A DNA stretch of 63,945 nt, filler included, from Hyphochytrium catenoides (taxonomy: Eukaryota; Protista; Hyphochytriomycota), in assembly GCA_900088475.1 (NCBI GenBank). It is 12 parts of 12 records of this genome, joined end to end, with 100 filler letters (N's around TTAATTAATTAA, not from the genome) between each part and the next. Parts side by side here need not be neighbours in the genome. Positions count along the whole stretch, not along the records: positions 4,595 to 15,416 come from FLMG01003953.1; positions 15,517 to 25,130 come from FLMG01004542.1; 10 more parts are not named here. One strand, given 5' to 3'. Each line of letters begins with the position of its first letter. Position 1 is the first letter of the stretch. The translations under genes and the position numbers were made by a program. Below are positions 13,338 to 24,549 of the stretch, one piece after another. The notes below the pieces were generated by a model. That model did not search any database. It saw nothing but the letters and a program-made list of their open reading frames with translations, and was not told where the DNA came from.

Positions 13338-15110
13338 GGATGGAGCAGCTAACGTCAAGCTGCATAACTGAAGAAGGAGCAAGAGGAGGGTGGACATCTA
13401 CCGCCCCTTTGGCACATTGCTGAGGCACGAATAGAATGGGAGACCGGGCGGCAGGGCGCCATACATTTGCTAATATCCCCTTTTGGGACTTTGCTGCAGC
13501 AATAGAAAAAAGTGGGACCGGGCTAAGGGGTTAGGTCTAATATAATGTATGGGTTAAACACTGGCCTATTAATCTATAAGTTACAAGCTACATCATGATT
13601 GTACGGAAGCTGCTCTTGATGCAATAAACGGACTATAATGACTTATCGCTTTCTTCATAAACAAAAAAATTATGGCGCTACTCCGTCTCGCGGTTATCAC
13701 CTTGCTGATTGTCTCAAGTTGTCGAGTGATCATACGTATTGGTATGAATATTTATATCGGCTAAATAAGTGTTGTCCTTTACTCCTACTTCCCAGCGAAA
13801 ATGAGAGCACAAGGATGAGAGTACAGAATGCACTAATTATAGATTGTAGGTGGAAACCGACAACAAGTAAAAGTGTAGAAGCAGGACGAGAAGGCAAATT
13901 TAAGAAAAAGGGAAGAAAGACAGAAGCAAGCTCATATGATTAACGAGATGATGAATAACCTATCAACCATATAGAGAATGATAAAATGGAGGAGGTTGAA
14001 GAAGAAGAAAAAGAAAGAGTTCGTTTAGATACTTATGTTTCTCTAAAAAAAGAAGTAAGCTCTTTGTCGTCATTATTAAATCTTCCTACGTCCTTCCACC
14101 TAGCCAACGCCCACCGGGGATTATGCAATTCTTCAGCAGATCGCCTGTAAACAGCCGATGATCACTAGCCTTGGCTGCTATAGTCGGAGATATATAGCTG
14201 CGGCAATTGGCTCCCATCACCGCTTCAACTCTAGAGGCAAAGACACGAACACCTGTCACAGGTTGGGCATCTGTCACTAAGCGCCATTATTTGGCATAGG
14301 ACTTAGTAAAGAGGCATCGAAGTCGATAAAATCTGCCATCAACTGCAAATATTATCCCTCTTAGCAGTTTTTTCTCCCTCGCTGTGACTAGTAGTGTCAT
14401 TTGCTTGCCGCTGCTGCTCCTTGTCATCATTTTCATCATATTCTTCTAGTACTTCGGGAGCCGTATCAACATCATTCTTATCGTTTCCCTCGTCGTCCTT
14501 CTTGGTTGATTTTGATGAGCCTCTAAACGCAGAAGAGAAGGGAGTCGTAGCACGTGGAAGTCATCCCGAGGTTGTTGGGTTCAATAAAACCAAACAACTG
14601 AAGAGCAGGTAGCGCATCACCCAGCCACAGGACAGAGTCGCTCCTTGCCCGACAGTTCTAATAAGGCCACTACTACTACCACCAGACCTACTACTACCAC
14701 TCCCAACTGCTTCTAATCCTACTACAGTACAGTACTACTACTGTATTGCTGCTAGGACTACCAAGAAAGTACTGTTTTCCCGACAAAGTGGAGAGGAATG
14801 AAGCGGACTTTTGTACGGAAACATTAGAGTGTTGTAGCCCGGCATAATTTCAGGCAATGACCCAGAGCCCACCCTGCTCCTTGCTTGCTTCGGCAATAGT
14901 AAGGAATAGGACCGGGCGGGTGGGAAATGCCTAAGCACTCCCTCCAAAATCCCAAAACCGGGCAGGATTTGACCAACTAACGCCGCAGGATGAATTATCG
15001 AAGGAACCAGCAGGGCGTACTTTCACCGTAGCAGTTAACCCTGATGTCCACCCTCCTGGAGCAAGAGAGCCAGTTATCCGGATGGAGCGGCTAACGCCTA
15101 GCTGCATAAC
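13338..15110. repeat. Pair of homologous ~200-bp blocks (13338-13523 and 14893-15110) with mixed direct and inverted sub-blocks
   Basis: 28/31 direct (13338-13368 vs 15080-15110); 15/15 inverted (13384-13398 vs 15043-15057); 12/13 inverted (13481-13493 vs 14945-14957); 20/25 direct (13499-13523 vs 14893-14917). Confidence 0.8.
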
Positions 15111-15659
15111 CTGGGTTCGGATCACAATGAGTTTGAGCCTCCGCAACCCATATTACCCTATGCAAGAGCGTCCCTATTGAAGACCTTGGACATACCGAAG
15201 GAGTTGATAGTACGGGTCATCTGGGTAGTTCAATCCTGCTGATGTGCGTTGTACATGTACAGTACCAGGTCTCAGTTGTTTGGGACGTGCACACACTATC
15301 TGACTGTCTCTCTTGCACTCTTGCATCATCTCCTCCCTGTCCAGCTCACTCTGTCTCTCTCTGATCCATTCTGTCTCTTTCTTCTTTCTAATAATCGCCT
15401 AATATCTCCACACTTCNNNNNNNNNNNNNNNNNNNNNNNNNNNNNNNNNNNNNNNNNNNNTTAATTAATTAANNNNNNNNNNNNNNNNNNNNNNNNNNNN
15501 NNNNNNNNNNNNNNNNAGAGAGAGAGAGACAGTAATACGAGAAACAGCAACAGAAAGCTAGGGACTGAGAGAGACAGACAGAGGGGGAGGTGAGAATCTA
15601 TTTCAGATGAAGAGAAAGGCTCTTCCAGGAGCGCTAAGGCTGTGGGGTTTAGTCCTTTA

Positions 15660-15996
15660 CCGTCATCTCCAGCCCTTCTGGAGTCAGCTTGCGTTCATAC
15701 TCTATCGGCTCCCAGCTGCTAAGCTCTCCCCCAGAGAAGACCGAGTACATGTATGTCGCAGGGACACCGCGGGGAAGGATAAAGGGCTTTACAGTGTACC
15801 AGATCGGATAATCTTCAGGAGTAGTGACTAGCGGTCGGGCTTCGGAAGGATTGTACTGCCCAAAGGCTAGGCTGGCTCCAGAGATGTGAACTCGCTCACC
15901 TAACCGCGTCTCGGCCCTTACACGGAAGTTCACCCGTGTGTAGCATCCCATCCCTAGCTCATCCACCGCCTGCTCCTCCTGAACAAAGTCTAGCAT
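15660..15996 (-). CDS. TPS: CBM20-like N-terminal exon, probably of trehalose-6-phosphate synthase/phosphatase; partial
   Basis: VNFRVRAETRLGERVHISG...FGQYNPSEARPLVTTPEDYPIWYT...YSVFSGGELSSWE is a CBM20 pattern. The LVTTPxxYPxW / FSGG variant is the one I recall from SAR TPS enzymes. Exon ends ACG|GTAAAG, then the contig ends, so the catalytic domain is not seen. Confidence 0.7.
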
Positions 15997-16400
15997 ACGC
16001 AGAGTCAGACCCAGAATTCAGCAATAGCAGTCTTTCAACAGCCTATACCTGGCGTCCCTGCCATTCTTCCGGGAGTCAGGTTTGAGACTCTCGCGGCAAT
16101 CAGCACCTCAGTAGCTTCGCAATGACCGACCGCAGGGGTGGCATTTAAACTCGGAGTCCGCACTTCAACCCGAAGAAGATACGAGGCATGCCAACTTCTC
16201 CCCTGGGTCGAACCGAGGGCGTCATTGGCCTCAATAAAAGCGCAATAATCTCCGATCTGGGTCTCTCCGGAAGCTTCATCATCTGCTGCTGGGTCTGCGA
16301 CTGTATGTGCCGGGGAACGAACCTTGTCGTTCATCCTCGTCCCACGGCAACTGACAAAAAAGCCTATATTCGCATCCCTACAAATATAATTTACCATAAC

Positions 16401-16598
16401 TGTCAAGGACGTTGTGAATCTCTGCAGATCGAGGGAAGATCCCGATGGTGGAGGTGTGTCAAGATTACAAATTCTTGAATCCTGGTCAATAACGAAAAGT
16501 TGCCGGTCTCAACAGGATTATGTCTCCTCGTGGTTAATTGTACGCAGCAGAATTGTCAAGAAAGTTGTCAAGTTGGCTTTATTGACCTTTCTTGACAA
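16401..16598. promoter_or_regulatory. Cluster of five TGTCAAG heptamers and a hairpin in a divergent intergenic region
   Basis: TGTCAAG at 16401, 16457, 16554 and 16566, and its complement CTTGACA at 16591. Perfect 12-bp inverted repeat 16553-16564 / 16587-16598. Confidence 0.45.
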
Positions 16599-17029
16599 CG
16601 AGATGAGGAGAAAGTTTGTGAAACTGAAAGTGACCCTTAACTTATTACAGAGCATACATTGTAGCTTGATGGTTTCCAGAATTGGTTCCGATCGTATGTC
16701 CGTTCTAAAGATGTTCTGAACCTCAAAGCCCTTCTGAACGGGAACCATATATAGAGAATCCAGCTAATCTTTTTGGCTAGTATTAGAAATAATGGTTCAC
16801 TCTGTCTGTTATGGTCGGGAAACTTATCACGTTCCAAACGCAGAGCAGTATTCAAACTCACAAATTTTGTATATAGTGGTAATATCATAGGCTTAGAGAG
16901 TAAACACATAGCAATCAATAACCCAAAGTGCCTTTCTACGCCCAGGACGAAAGGTTGTGAATAATAATCTCCTTTCTTTCTTGATGGCGATCCCCCTGCG
17001 AGACAGAGCAGCAGGAGAGAGCAAAGTGC

Positions 17030-17075
<46 letters not shown>

Positions 17076-17303
17076 GATATACATAGGGAGAGGGAAGGAA
17101 GAAGAGGAGGACAGGAGGAGGAGAGAGAGAGAGAGAGAGAAGGAGAGAGAGAGAGAGAGATCTCAAACGAAAAGACATTATTGGAAGGTGTGTCGTCTTT
17201 CCTCTCCCTCTCCCTTTCAGCTTCCTCTTCACGCTCCAGTGCAATACCAGCTGCAAATACCCTTTCCCTCTCCTTTCCTTCTCTCTTTCTCTCTCTCTCT
17301 CTT

Positions 17304-17340
<37 letters not shown>

Positions 17341-17644
17341 CTGCCTTCCCCTCTGTCTCTCCCTGACACCTCCCTTTCCTCAGGCTCCCTTGCTGATTGG
17401 CGGGCTGACTTCCACGGATCATTCTTTTCTTCCCTATCTCCTCTCTCCGCCAGGGAGCAGCCGCCTCCTCCCTTTGAGCCGCGCCCCCGTGTTTCCCTCG
17501 GCCCTCGACTTCGCCTTCATCGGCCGCTCTCTCTCTCTCTCAGTCTTCCAGTTTAATCTTCAGCACCATCACACCGGATCATAAGCGCGAGAGAGACAGG
17601 AAAGAAAGACCGACAGACAGCAGACAAAGGATCTTTATAACGAA

Positions 17645-17682
<38 letters not shown>

Positions 17683-17683
<1 letters not shown>

Positions 17684-19230
17684 TGGAGAGCTTACTCGTC
17701 TCTTCCACGTCTTCCGGAGATCCTGAGACGAAGGAGTACAGAGATTATGATGCAAACTATGCCTATCGTCCGCTAGAAGACGCGCTGGGTCTCAAGCCCG
17801 CCAAGCTGGACGAGAAGACGCCAGCGTACATCATTCAAAGAGCTTCTTTCTGGAAGTATGTCGGCATTGTCATTCTCTCTGTGGCTGGACTCTTTGCGCT
17901 GTATGTGGGCACCAAGGGGACGATGTATGACATCAAGAAGAACCTCATTGACCATCTGAGGATGGAGAGACGGACAGAGCACGATCTAGCAGCGCGTCTG
18001 GCCTCTATGCAGCTGGAGCTTGAGTCAGAGTACGTCAAGAGAAACAGAGAAGCCGTGATCGCCGCAGAGTTTAGAGAGAACATCCGTCACGCAGAGCTCG
18101 AGCAGAATCGGAACATCACGGCCGGACTTAAATCTATTGCGCTCTCTTCCTCGCTCTCCCGGGAGCAATACAAGGCGGTATTGCATCTCTTCCACAACTC
18201 TCTCTCGCAGTTCCATAACGATGCCCAAGTCGTGGCGCACTCGTTGACTTCTAAGTTTGAAGTCCGCGCCACCGCTGCGAGAGATATGCTGTCAAAGCTC
18301 AAGCAGGACCTTCATGAGACCTTCGCCACAGAGATCAAGGCGAGAAACAAGTACAAAGAGAGTGAGGCTCACGAGAAAGGGGACGTGGCAGGTGACGGGT
18401 ACTTTGACGATGATCCTGTGAAGAGTGCAGAAAGGTTCTCTTCTCCTAAGGATCACGCGGCTTATATGGAGCACATGCGCTCAGAAGAAGAGATGAAGAG
18501 ACGTCTCACGCGCTTCTTCCTCGAGTTCCAAGCCTTTGAGAGTGACTTCAAGCCGATAGACATCAACCCGAGAGAGAGTCTCTTCCGCAACCTGGCCTCT
18601 CTCTTCGATAGAGTAAGGAAGGCCACATATCTCACCGATGATGAGAAGTACTATGAGACCATGGACCAGCTGACAACCGAACTCTCTCAGTATAACAAGG
18701 AGCTTGCAAGGAGGAACATCCCCGCATACAATCCATCGCAGATTTCTCTCTTTCTCTATCTGCGGAACGTTCTCATGGACGCGTCCTTTGATCAGATCTC
18801 AGGGAAGGTCCGCAGTTGGCGAGACAGGTGGGCCAAGGACCCTTATAGTACCTTTGATCTGCTGCAAGAGATAGAGCAGGATATCTATGACGGGCTTATC
18901 CCTGAGGAGTTCCTTTATGAAGATCTGATCTCTTATGATCTTGGAGAAGGGAAAGCTCTTGGCTCGTACACGAAAGACGTGGATGCGGACGCCTTCATGA
19001 AGTCAGAGCTGAAGAGATTGGGCCTCTTAGCCGAGGAGGAGAGAAGAAGAGCAGTCAAGTCTGCGCCTGTTTCTCTCTCTACCGTCTCTCCTCCTGCGCC
19101 GGCTTCTCTTCTGAGCTCATCCTCTGTGGCCGTGACCGCGGCCCCGGCTGAGACTAAGGCCGAAGGAGGAGCCGTCAGTCGTCAGTTTACGGCCGAGATG
19201 ACGGCTGCAGGTGCAGCGGCATCGCCGTGA
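17683..19230 (+). CDS. Intronless 515-aa hypothetical type II membrane protein with helical/coiled-coil ectodomain
   Basis: Long ORF with normal coding composition; single TM (YVGIVILSVAGLFALYV, about aa 60-76); heptad-rich segments; Ser/Ala-rich tail. No family recognised. Confidence 0.85.
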
Positions 19231-19461
19231 AAGGGCTATCTTCTTTTGTTGGAACACTAGTAAATCAAAGAGAGAAAATATAAAAGAGAGAACTAGCAGA
19301 GTCATTCAGAAGGAGAGAGAAAGAGAGACAATCTTCCTCTTCTTCGGTATAATAGGGCAAACAGTAGTGCACACTTTGAGCAAGATATATTGTGCAATCA
19401 AGGAAGAAGAGGTATAAATGAAGAAATATCAAAGACAGTGATCTTCTCCAAATGGGATGAG

Positions 19462-19496
<35 letters not shown>

Positions 19497-20204
19497 AAGT
19501 CTTGAGAAGAAAAGGCCTTTGATCGGGGGGAGAAAGAGAGAGAGAGAGAAGTAAGTTTCGTCCCTTTGATCGGGGGAAGAAAGAGAGAGAGAGAGAGAGA
19601 GAGGACACATCCAACTGTTGGTCTTCTTAGATGTAATACTGGCAGCACTGTTGTCTCTGAGGCCACTTGTCCCTTACCTTACGGGACCACGGGAGACGTT
19701 TTCCTTGCCTCCTCTTCTTCTCTGTTCTCTGCGCTCTCTCTTCACGACTCACTATTTCTCTCCATTCTGGGGTCCGGGGAAGAGAGGTTGTTAGGACGGG
19801 CCACCCATTGAAAGAAGAAGAGGAAGAGGGAGGTACATGAGCAGTAAGAGAGATGCAGAGCTTGCTCCCGCCTAGGAGGAAGACAAACATAGCAAGAGTT
19901 CTTGACGATGACGAGAAGCACAAAGAGAGGCAGCAAAAGGAGAGAGAGAGAGAGAGCGCGAGAAAGAGTGACGCAAAGTAAGGTACACATACTCAATGGC
20001 TGGATAGGATCTCTAAGAGTCAGAGATGTTACCTTGGGAGAGAGATAGGAAGAGAGAGCGAGAGAGAGAAGAAAACGAGAGAGAAAGAGAGAAGAGGTGG
20101 CTTTATAAATAGAGTTCGTCATAGAAATAGCGCCCTCATATATATACAGTTTATATTAGGGATCCTAAAGGAAAACAATAAATAAATAAAAAAAAAGTGT
20201 AGAG

Positions 20205-20240
<36 letters not shown>

Positions 20241-20271
20241 TCTATTTCCTCCTCATGTCTCTGTCATCTTC

Positions 20272-21192
20272 TTAGCGCCGCCGTTCGTCCTTCATCTCTA
20301 AGAACCCTCGCATTGCTCTGGAGCGCATCACCTCTGCGTCTGCCGTGAGATCATAGAGGAAGAACTCTAGCTCTAACATCCGCGTGATGATGAAGTTTCG
20401 ATCAAACCTTCTCCTGAAGGTTTTGTTCGGCAGAAGAGAGAGAGAAATGTCTGCAGAGAGTCTCTTCTCTTTCAGCTCCTCACCAATCTCTTGACGGAGC
20501 TTTTCGAAGTCAGAGAAGCGCTTCACCACCTGCTTCTTAAGAGGTTCTCTCTCTTCTTGTTGCCGCTCTTCCTCTTCCGGGGAGAGAGAAGACGAAGAAG
20601 AAGAAGAGAGAGACGATGCCTGCTGCACTTCGATAACGTACTCGACGTACTTTCCTTCTCTCCCTTCCACGATGTTGAACCTTGGGATCCGTACCGAAGG
20701 GACAGCGGTCTCGGGATGACTCTCTTCTATTGAGGAAGAAGAGACATCCGACACACATGTCTTCTGGCTGTCTTCTGAGACCATAGACGAGTCTTTCGTC
20801 TGATTGTCTCTCCCTTTGGTGTCTCTCTCTCTTGCTGTGCATTTCTCTGGTGTAGGAAGGTCCACTGTCTCCTCTGGGCTCTCCGGAGAAGAGAGCTTAT
20901 AAGAGAGAACGTCTCTCTCTGCGTTGTTCTGCGGTCTAATGATTCTGTGGAGCATCCCAACTTTATGGAAAGAGAGAAGAATGTTGCTCTTTCCTGGACT
21001 CTCTCTTGGCATCTTTTGAGATTTCAAACTTGGTGTTACACGGCCGTTAGGTGGCTCTCGAACGGCTGAGAGTGTCATCTCTTTCTCTCTCTCTCTCCCT
21101 TTTGCTTTCTGAAGTCTTTGCCGTTCTCTCTCCTTGAGCAAGATGGCTCTTCGCTTGATTTGTAAGGCTGAGAGAGAAGGATGCAGCTTCAC
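20272..21192 (-). CDS. PX (Phox) domain protein; start uncertain
   Basis: KYVEYVIEV...VVKRFSDFEKLRQEI...LLPNKTFRRRFDRNFIITRMLELEFFLYDL...FL is a typical PX domain. The ORF begins at GTG, so an upstream exon or an internal ATG (about 21077) is needed. Confidence 0.85.
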   Translation of the reverse strand: MKLHPSLSALQIKRRAILLKERERQRLQKAKGREREKEMTLSAVREPPNGRVTPSLKSQKMPRESPGKSNILLSFHKVGMLHRIIRPQNNAERDVLSYKLSSPESPEETVDLPTPEKCTARERDTKGRDNQTKDSSMVSEDSQKTCVSDVSSSSIEESHPETAVPSVRIPRFNIVEGREGKYVEYVIEVQQASSLSSSSSSSLSPEEEERQQEEREPLKKQVVKRFSDFEKLRQEIGEELKEKRLSADISLSLLPNKTFRRRFDRNFIITRMLELEFFLYDLTADAEVMRSRAMRGFLEMKDERRR

Positions 21193-21923
21193 TTTTGCCT
21201 GGACTTTCTCTCTTCTGATGTCTTCTCTACAATGAGTGATAGAGGCAGGAGAGTTGGGTCTCTATCTAGGAGAGAGACCGCCTTCTTGTTTCTCTCTCTC
21301 TTTTCCTTTTTCTCTGTTGAGAAGAGAAGCGAAAGAATGTTATGTCGCTTTGGCGCGAATGCGGTTATCGGTGTTGCTAGGAAGTTATATCTCTGGGACG
21401 GGGCAGAGACAAGGGAGAAGAACATACGGTCTCTCTCTCTCTCTCACTCTCTCTCTCTCTCTCTTTCGTTTCGCGCTGGTCAGGTCTTTCAGGAGTCTTC
21501 GCTGGTCCCTTCTCTCCTTCGCTCCTGTGGACTTGTGCGAGCCGTCTCTCTCGCGTCTTCTCTTTTTCTCCAGGTGTCGCTGTTTTCTTTCTCTCTCTTT
21601 CTCTGTATGTCTCTTCCCTTCTCTCTCTCTCTCTCTCTCTCTCTCGTTGAAATGTCTCACTGGTGATGGACGCTGACAGAGGCTTTTCGCAAAGTCGCGG
21701 CAGGGAGAGAAAGAGAAAGAGAAAGAGAGAGAGAGAGAAAGAGGTAAAAGAGAGAGAGAGACAGAGGGACAGATTGGAGAAAGAGGAGGAAAAATTGGGT
21801 AGCAAAGAGGGGAAGAAAGGCGCTCGTTTTTTGGGCAGTGTGGAAGGGCAGTCTCACAGCACAAAGCCTAAAAAAGTGGGAAGGACGGAAGAGAGAAAAA
21901 AGATGCTACACTTTCTCTCTCTT

Positions 21924-21970
<47 letters not shown>

Positions 21971-22556
21971 ATCTTCCTACCCACCTCCACTGGCCCTTTC
22001 ACATCAAAGACTAACAGGGAGGACATATCGTCACGAAAGTTCAACCACGAGAAGTTCGGAAAAGGTGAGAAGAGGCAGAAAGAGCAGCAGAGAGAGACAG
22101 AGCGATGGATGATGATGTCCCACCCAGCCTGAACCTAACAAGAGAGAAGACACAAGAAAGAGTCTCCCCTCTAGTCAGACAGAGTAATGTACAATGTAGG
22201 TGCTCCTAAGTAAGAGAGGGAGAGTAAGGACTTGAAGAGACAGAAATTGACCGTTGTTGTGACGCTGTAGAGGGTTTCTCCCTCTTTTTCATTTTTGGGA
22301 CAGAACATGAAGGTCAACAAGGCTGGAGAGAAACTCTTCTTGTTCTCTCTCTCTCTCTTTCTCCCTCTCTCTCTCCCCCTTCCTTTCTTTCTCTCTTTCG
22401 CTTTTCGCGCTCTTTTTTTAGTGTCAGAAGATACAGACCACACAACAGGAGACATACATCTCTCTCTGTTCTCTCTTCTCTGCATCGCTTGAAACAGTTG
22501 GACAGTGAAGACACAGAGAGAGAAAAAAGAGAGAGAGATCTGAGAGAGAGAGAGAT

Positions 22557-22612
<56 letters not shown>

Positions 22613-22912
22613 CAACATCTTGTGAAGCCAATCCTTCAGCCTAATAATAGCCCTAAACAAGCCCAAGAGAGCCCCAGCCCCACCCTTTCTTCTACTTCTG
22701 TCTTATCTATTCCTTTCCTCTTCAGTCTTACACCCAGTAAGATAACTCTGTATGACCTCATTACCTATATTAAAACAGTAATCTTTGTATCTTTTGAGTC
22801 CTTACGCATATCTCTTTGCCACTCTGTCTCGCTGTCCATAGCACAGTTTTGGATCTCCCCTTTCGGGTTTGGGCCAGTGGCGCCAGAGAGCGTAGGGAGA
22901 GAGACTAAGAGG

Positions 22913-24006
22913 GCACGCCCTTCGACTTGCTAGAGATTGGCAACTTCAACCACCGAGCCTGCAGGCAGCAGAATGTGAAGAGAGAAAAGAGGAGACAGAC
23001 AAAAGAATTACCAAAGATGGCAATGCGAGACACAAAGATATGGAACAAATGCATAGTATCAGTTAGATCATAGACAAGACAGAAAGGAGACATAGTTATT
23101 GCGGTTGGTTTGCAGTCTCAAGTCATTCAAGAGGACATTCTGGTGATGGAGCCTGGGGCAACGTACATGATTTGAAAGAATAAATGTTACATAAACCACA
23201 ATAAAAAGTATGATCTCTGGGTGGAAGGACATGCACTGACATATTGCACGACATGCACAAACAAGAAATAAAAATGTTTGCTCCAAAGTTCAAGTTGAGG
23301 AAAACAGTGTTTCATGGTTTTTTCTTTCCATCAAATAAATCAAATAGGAGAATAATTGGCAGCCTAACATGCTGTATAATTCAAAGCATGCCCACTGCTT
23401 GCCCATCACAAAAATCAACAATAAATTCTGTGGTAATTTTAGGATCTGTTGTCTTATTTACAAAGATCTATAAATAAAAGTGATAAAGCCCCTCAACAAG
23501 TGTGAGAAACTGCCAGCAAATCATCCGCTTCCATTGCCTTTTCGTCCGCCAATCAGAGGGCGACCTAGGTCTACCTCTGGTCCGTTTCATGGATGCTTTG
23601 GACTCGTCATAAAATATTTCGCTAAATGTACCCAGCCAAGTTTCGTTTGTGCCAAACTAGTTCCGCCTTCAGAAAGTTATGGCCAACTTCTATTCTCCTG
23701 GTCCTAAGCCGCATTGTCTTCACATCACGCACATCAGCACAAACTTTATAATGTTTTTCCTAGTATTCAACCGCATAGGTTTATTCACCATATACTTGGT
23801 CATCCGAAAATGTGCCGCCTTCCCTGTTCGGGGGCTCGCAGGTCCACAGAGGGTGCAATGAAGGCGAAATTTCACAGGTCGCTCTCTATGAAGATGCAGG
23901 GCCAAAATCTCTCAAACCCTAACGTTAACCTTTGCATCCTTGTATCTCTGTTTAGTAGCGATATGCTCCGTCCAAAGATATGCCGCACAGCAAGGGAAGG
24001 GCGTGC
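22913..24006. mobile_element. Candidate non-autonomous DNA transposon (about 1.1 kb) with imperfect terminal inverted repeats
   Basis: GCACGCCCTTC (22913-22923) is the exact reverse complement of GAAGGGCGTGC (23996-24006), extending imperfectly to about 18 bp. These bound a microsatellite-free, more AT-rich island in (AG)n DNA. No TSD or transposase seen. Confidence 0.3.
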
Positions 24007-24166
24007 GAAGCGAACTGTGGTTCAACTCTAAAGGTCACACTGCCCCTTATTTCCTACTTCCGCTTTCCTCTCTCTCTTTCCCTCTCTCTCTCTCTCTTTC
24101 TCTCTGCCTCTCTCCCCCTCTCTCTCTCTCTCTCTTCGTCGCTCTCTCCCCTCCTCCCCCACTCCC

Positions 24167-24205
<39 letters not shown>

Positions 24206-24499
24206 CCCCTCGTTTGTCTTTTTCTTTTAAGCCGTCCTGGTCCTCCCTTTACAGATCTCTCTCTCTCTCTGTTTTTCCCCCACACCCTAGATCGTTTTTC
24301 CTGCCTTCTCTGTCTCTCTGACATTGAAAGTGGTGATTGCCGCTGCCATGCTGCCATCGCTTCTCAGCACTTCCAAGAGGAATGCGCTGATTGTTGTCTC
24401 TCTCTCTCTCTCCCGCCAGCCATGTGAACAACATCAGTTTGACTCTTTCCTGCTCACCGTCAGAGAGAGAGAGAGAGAAAGAGAGAGAGACTCCACCCA

Positions 24500-24549
<50 letters not shown>

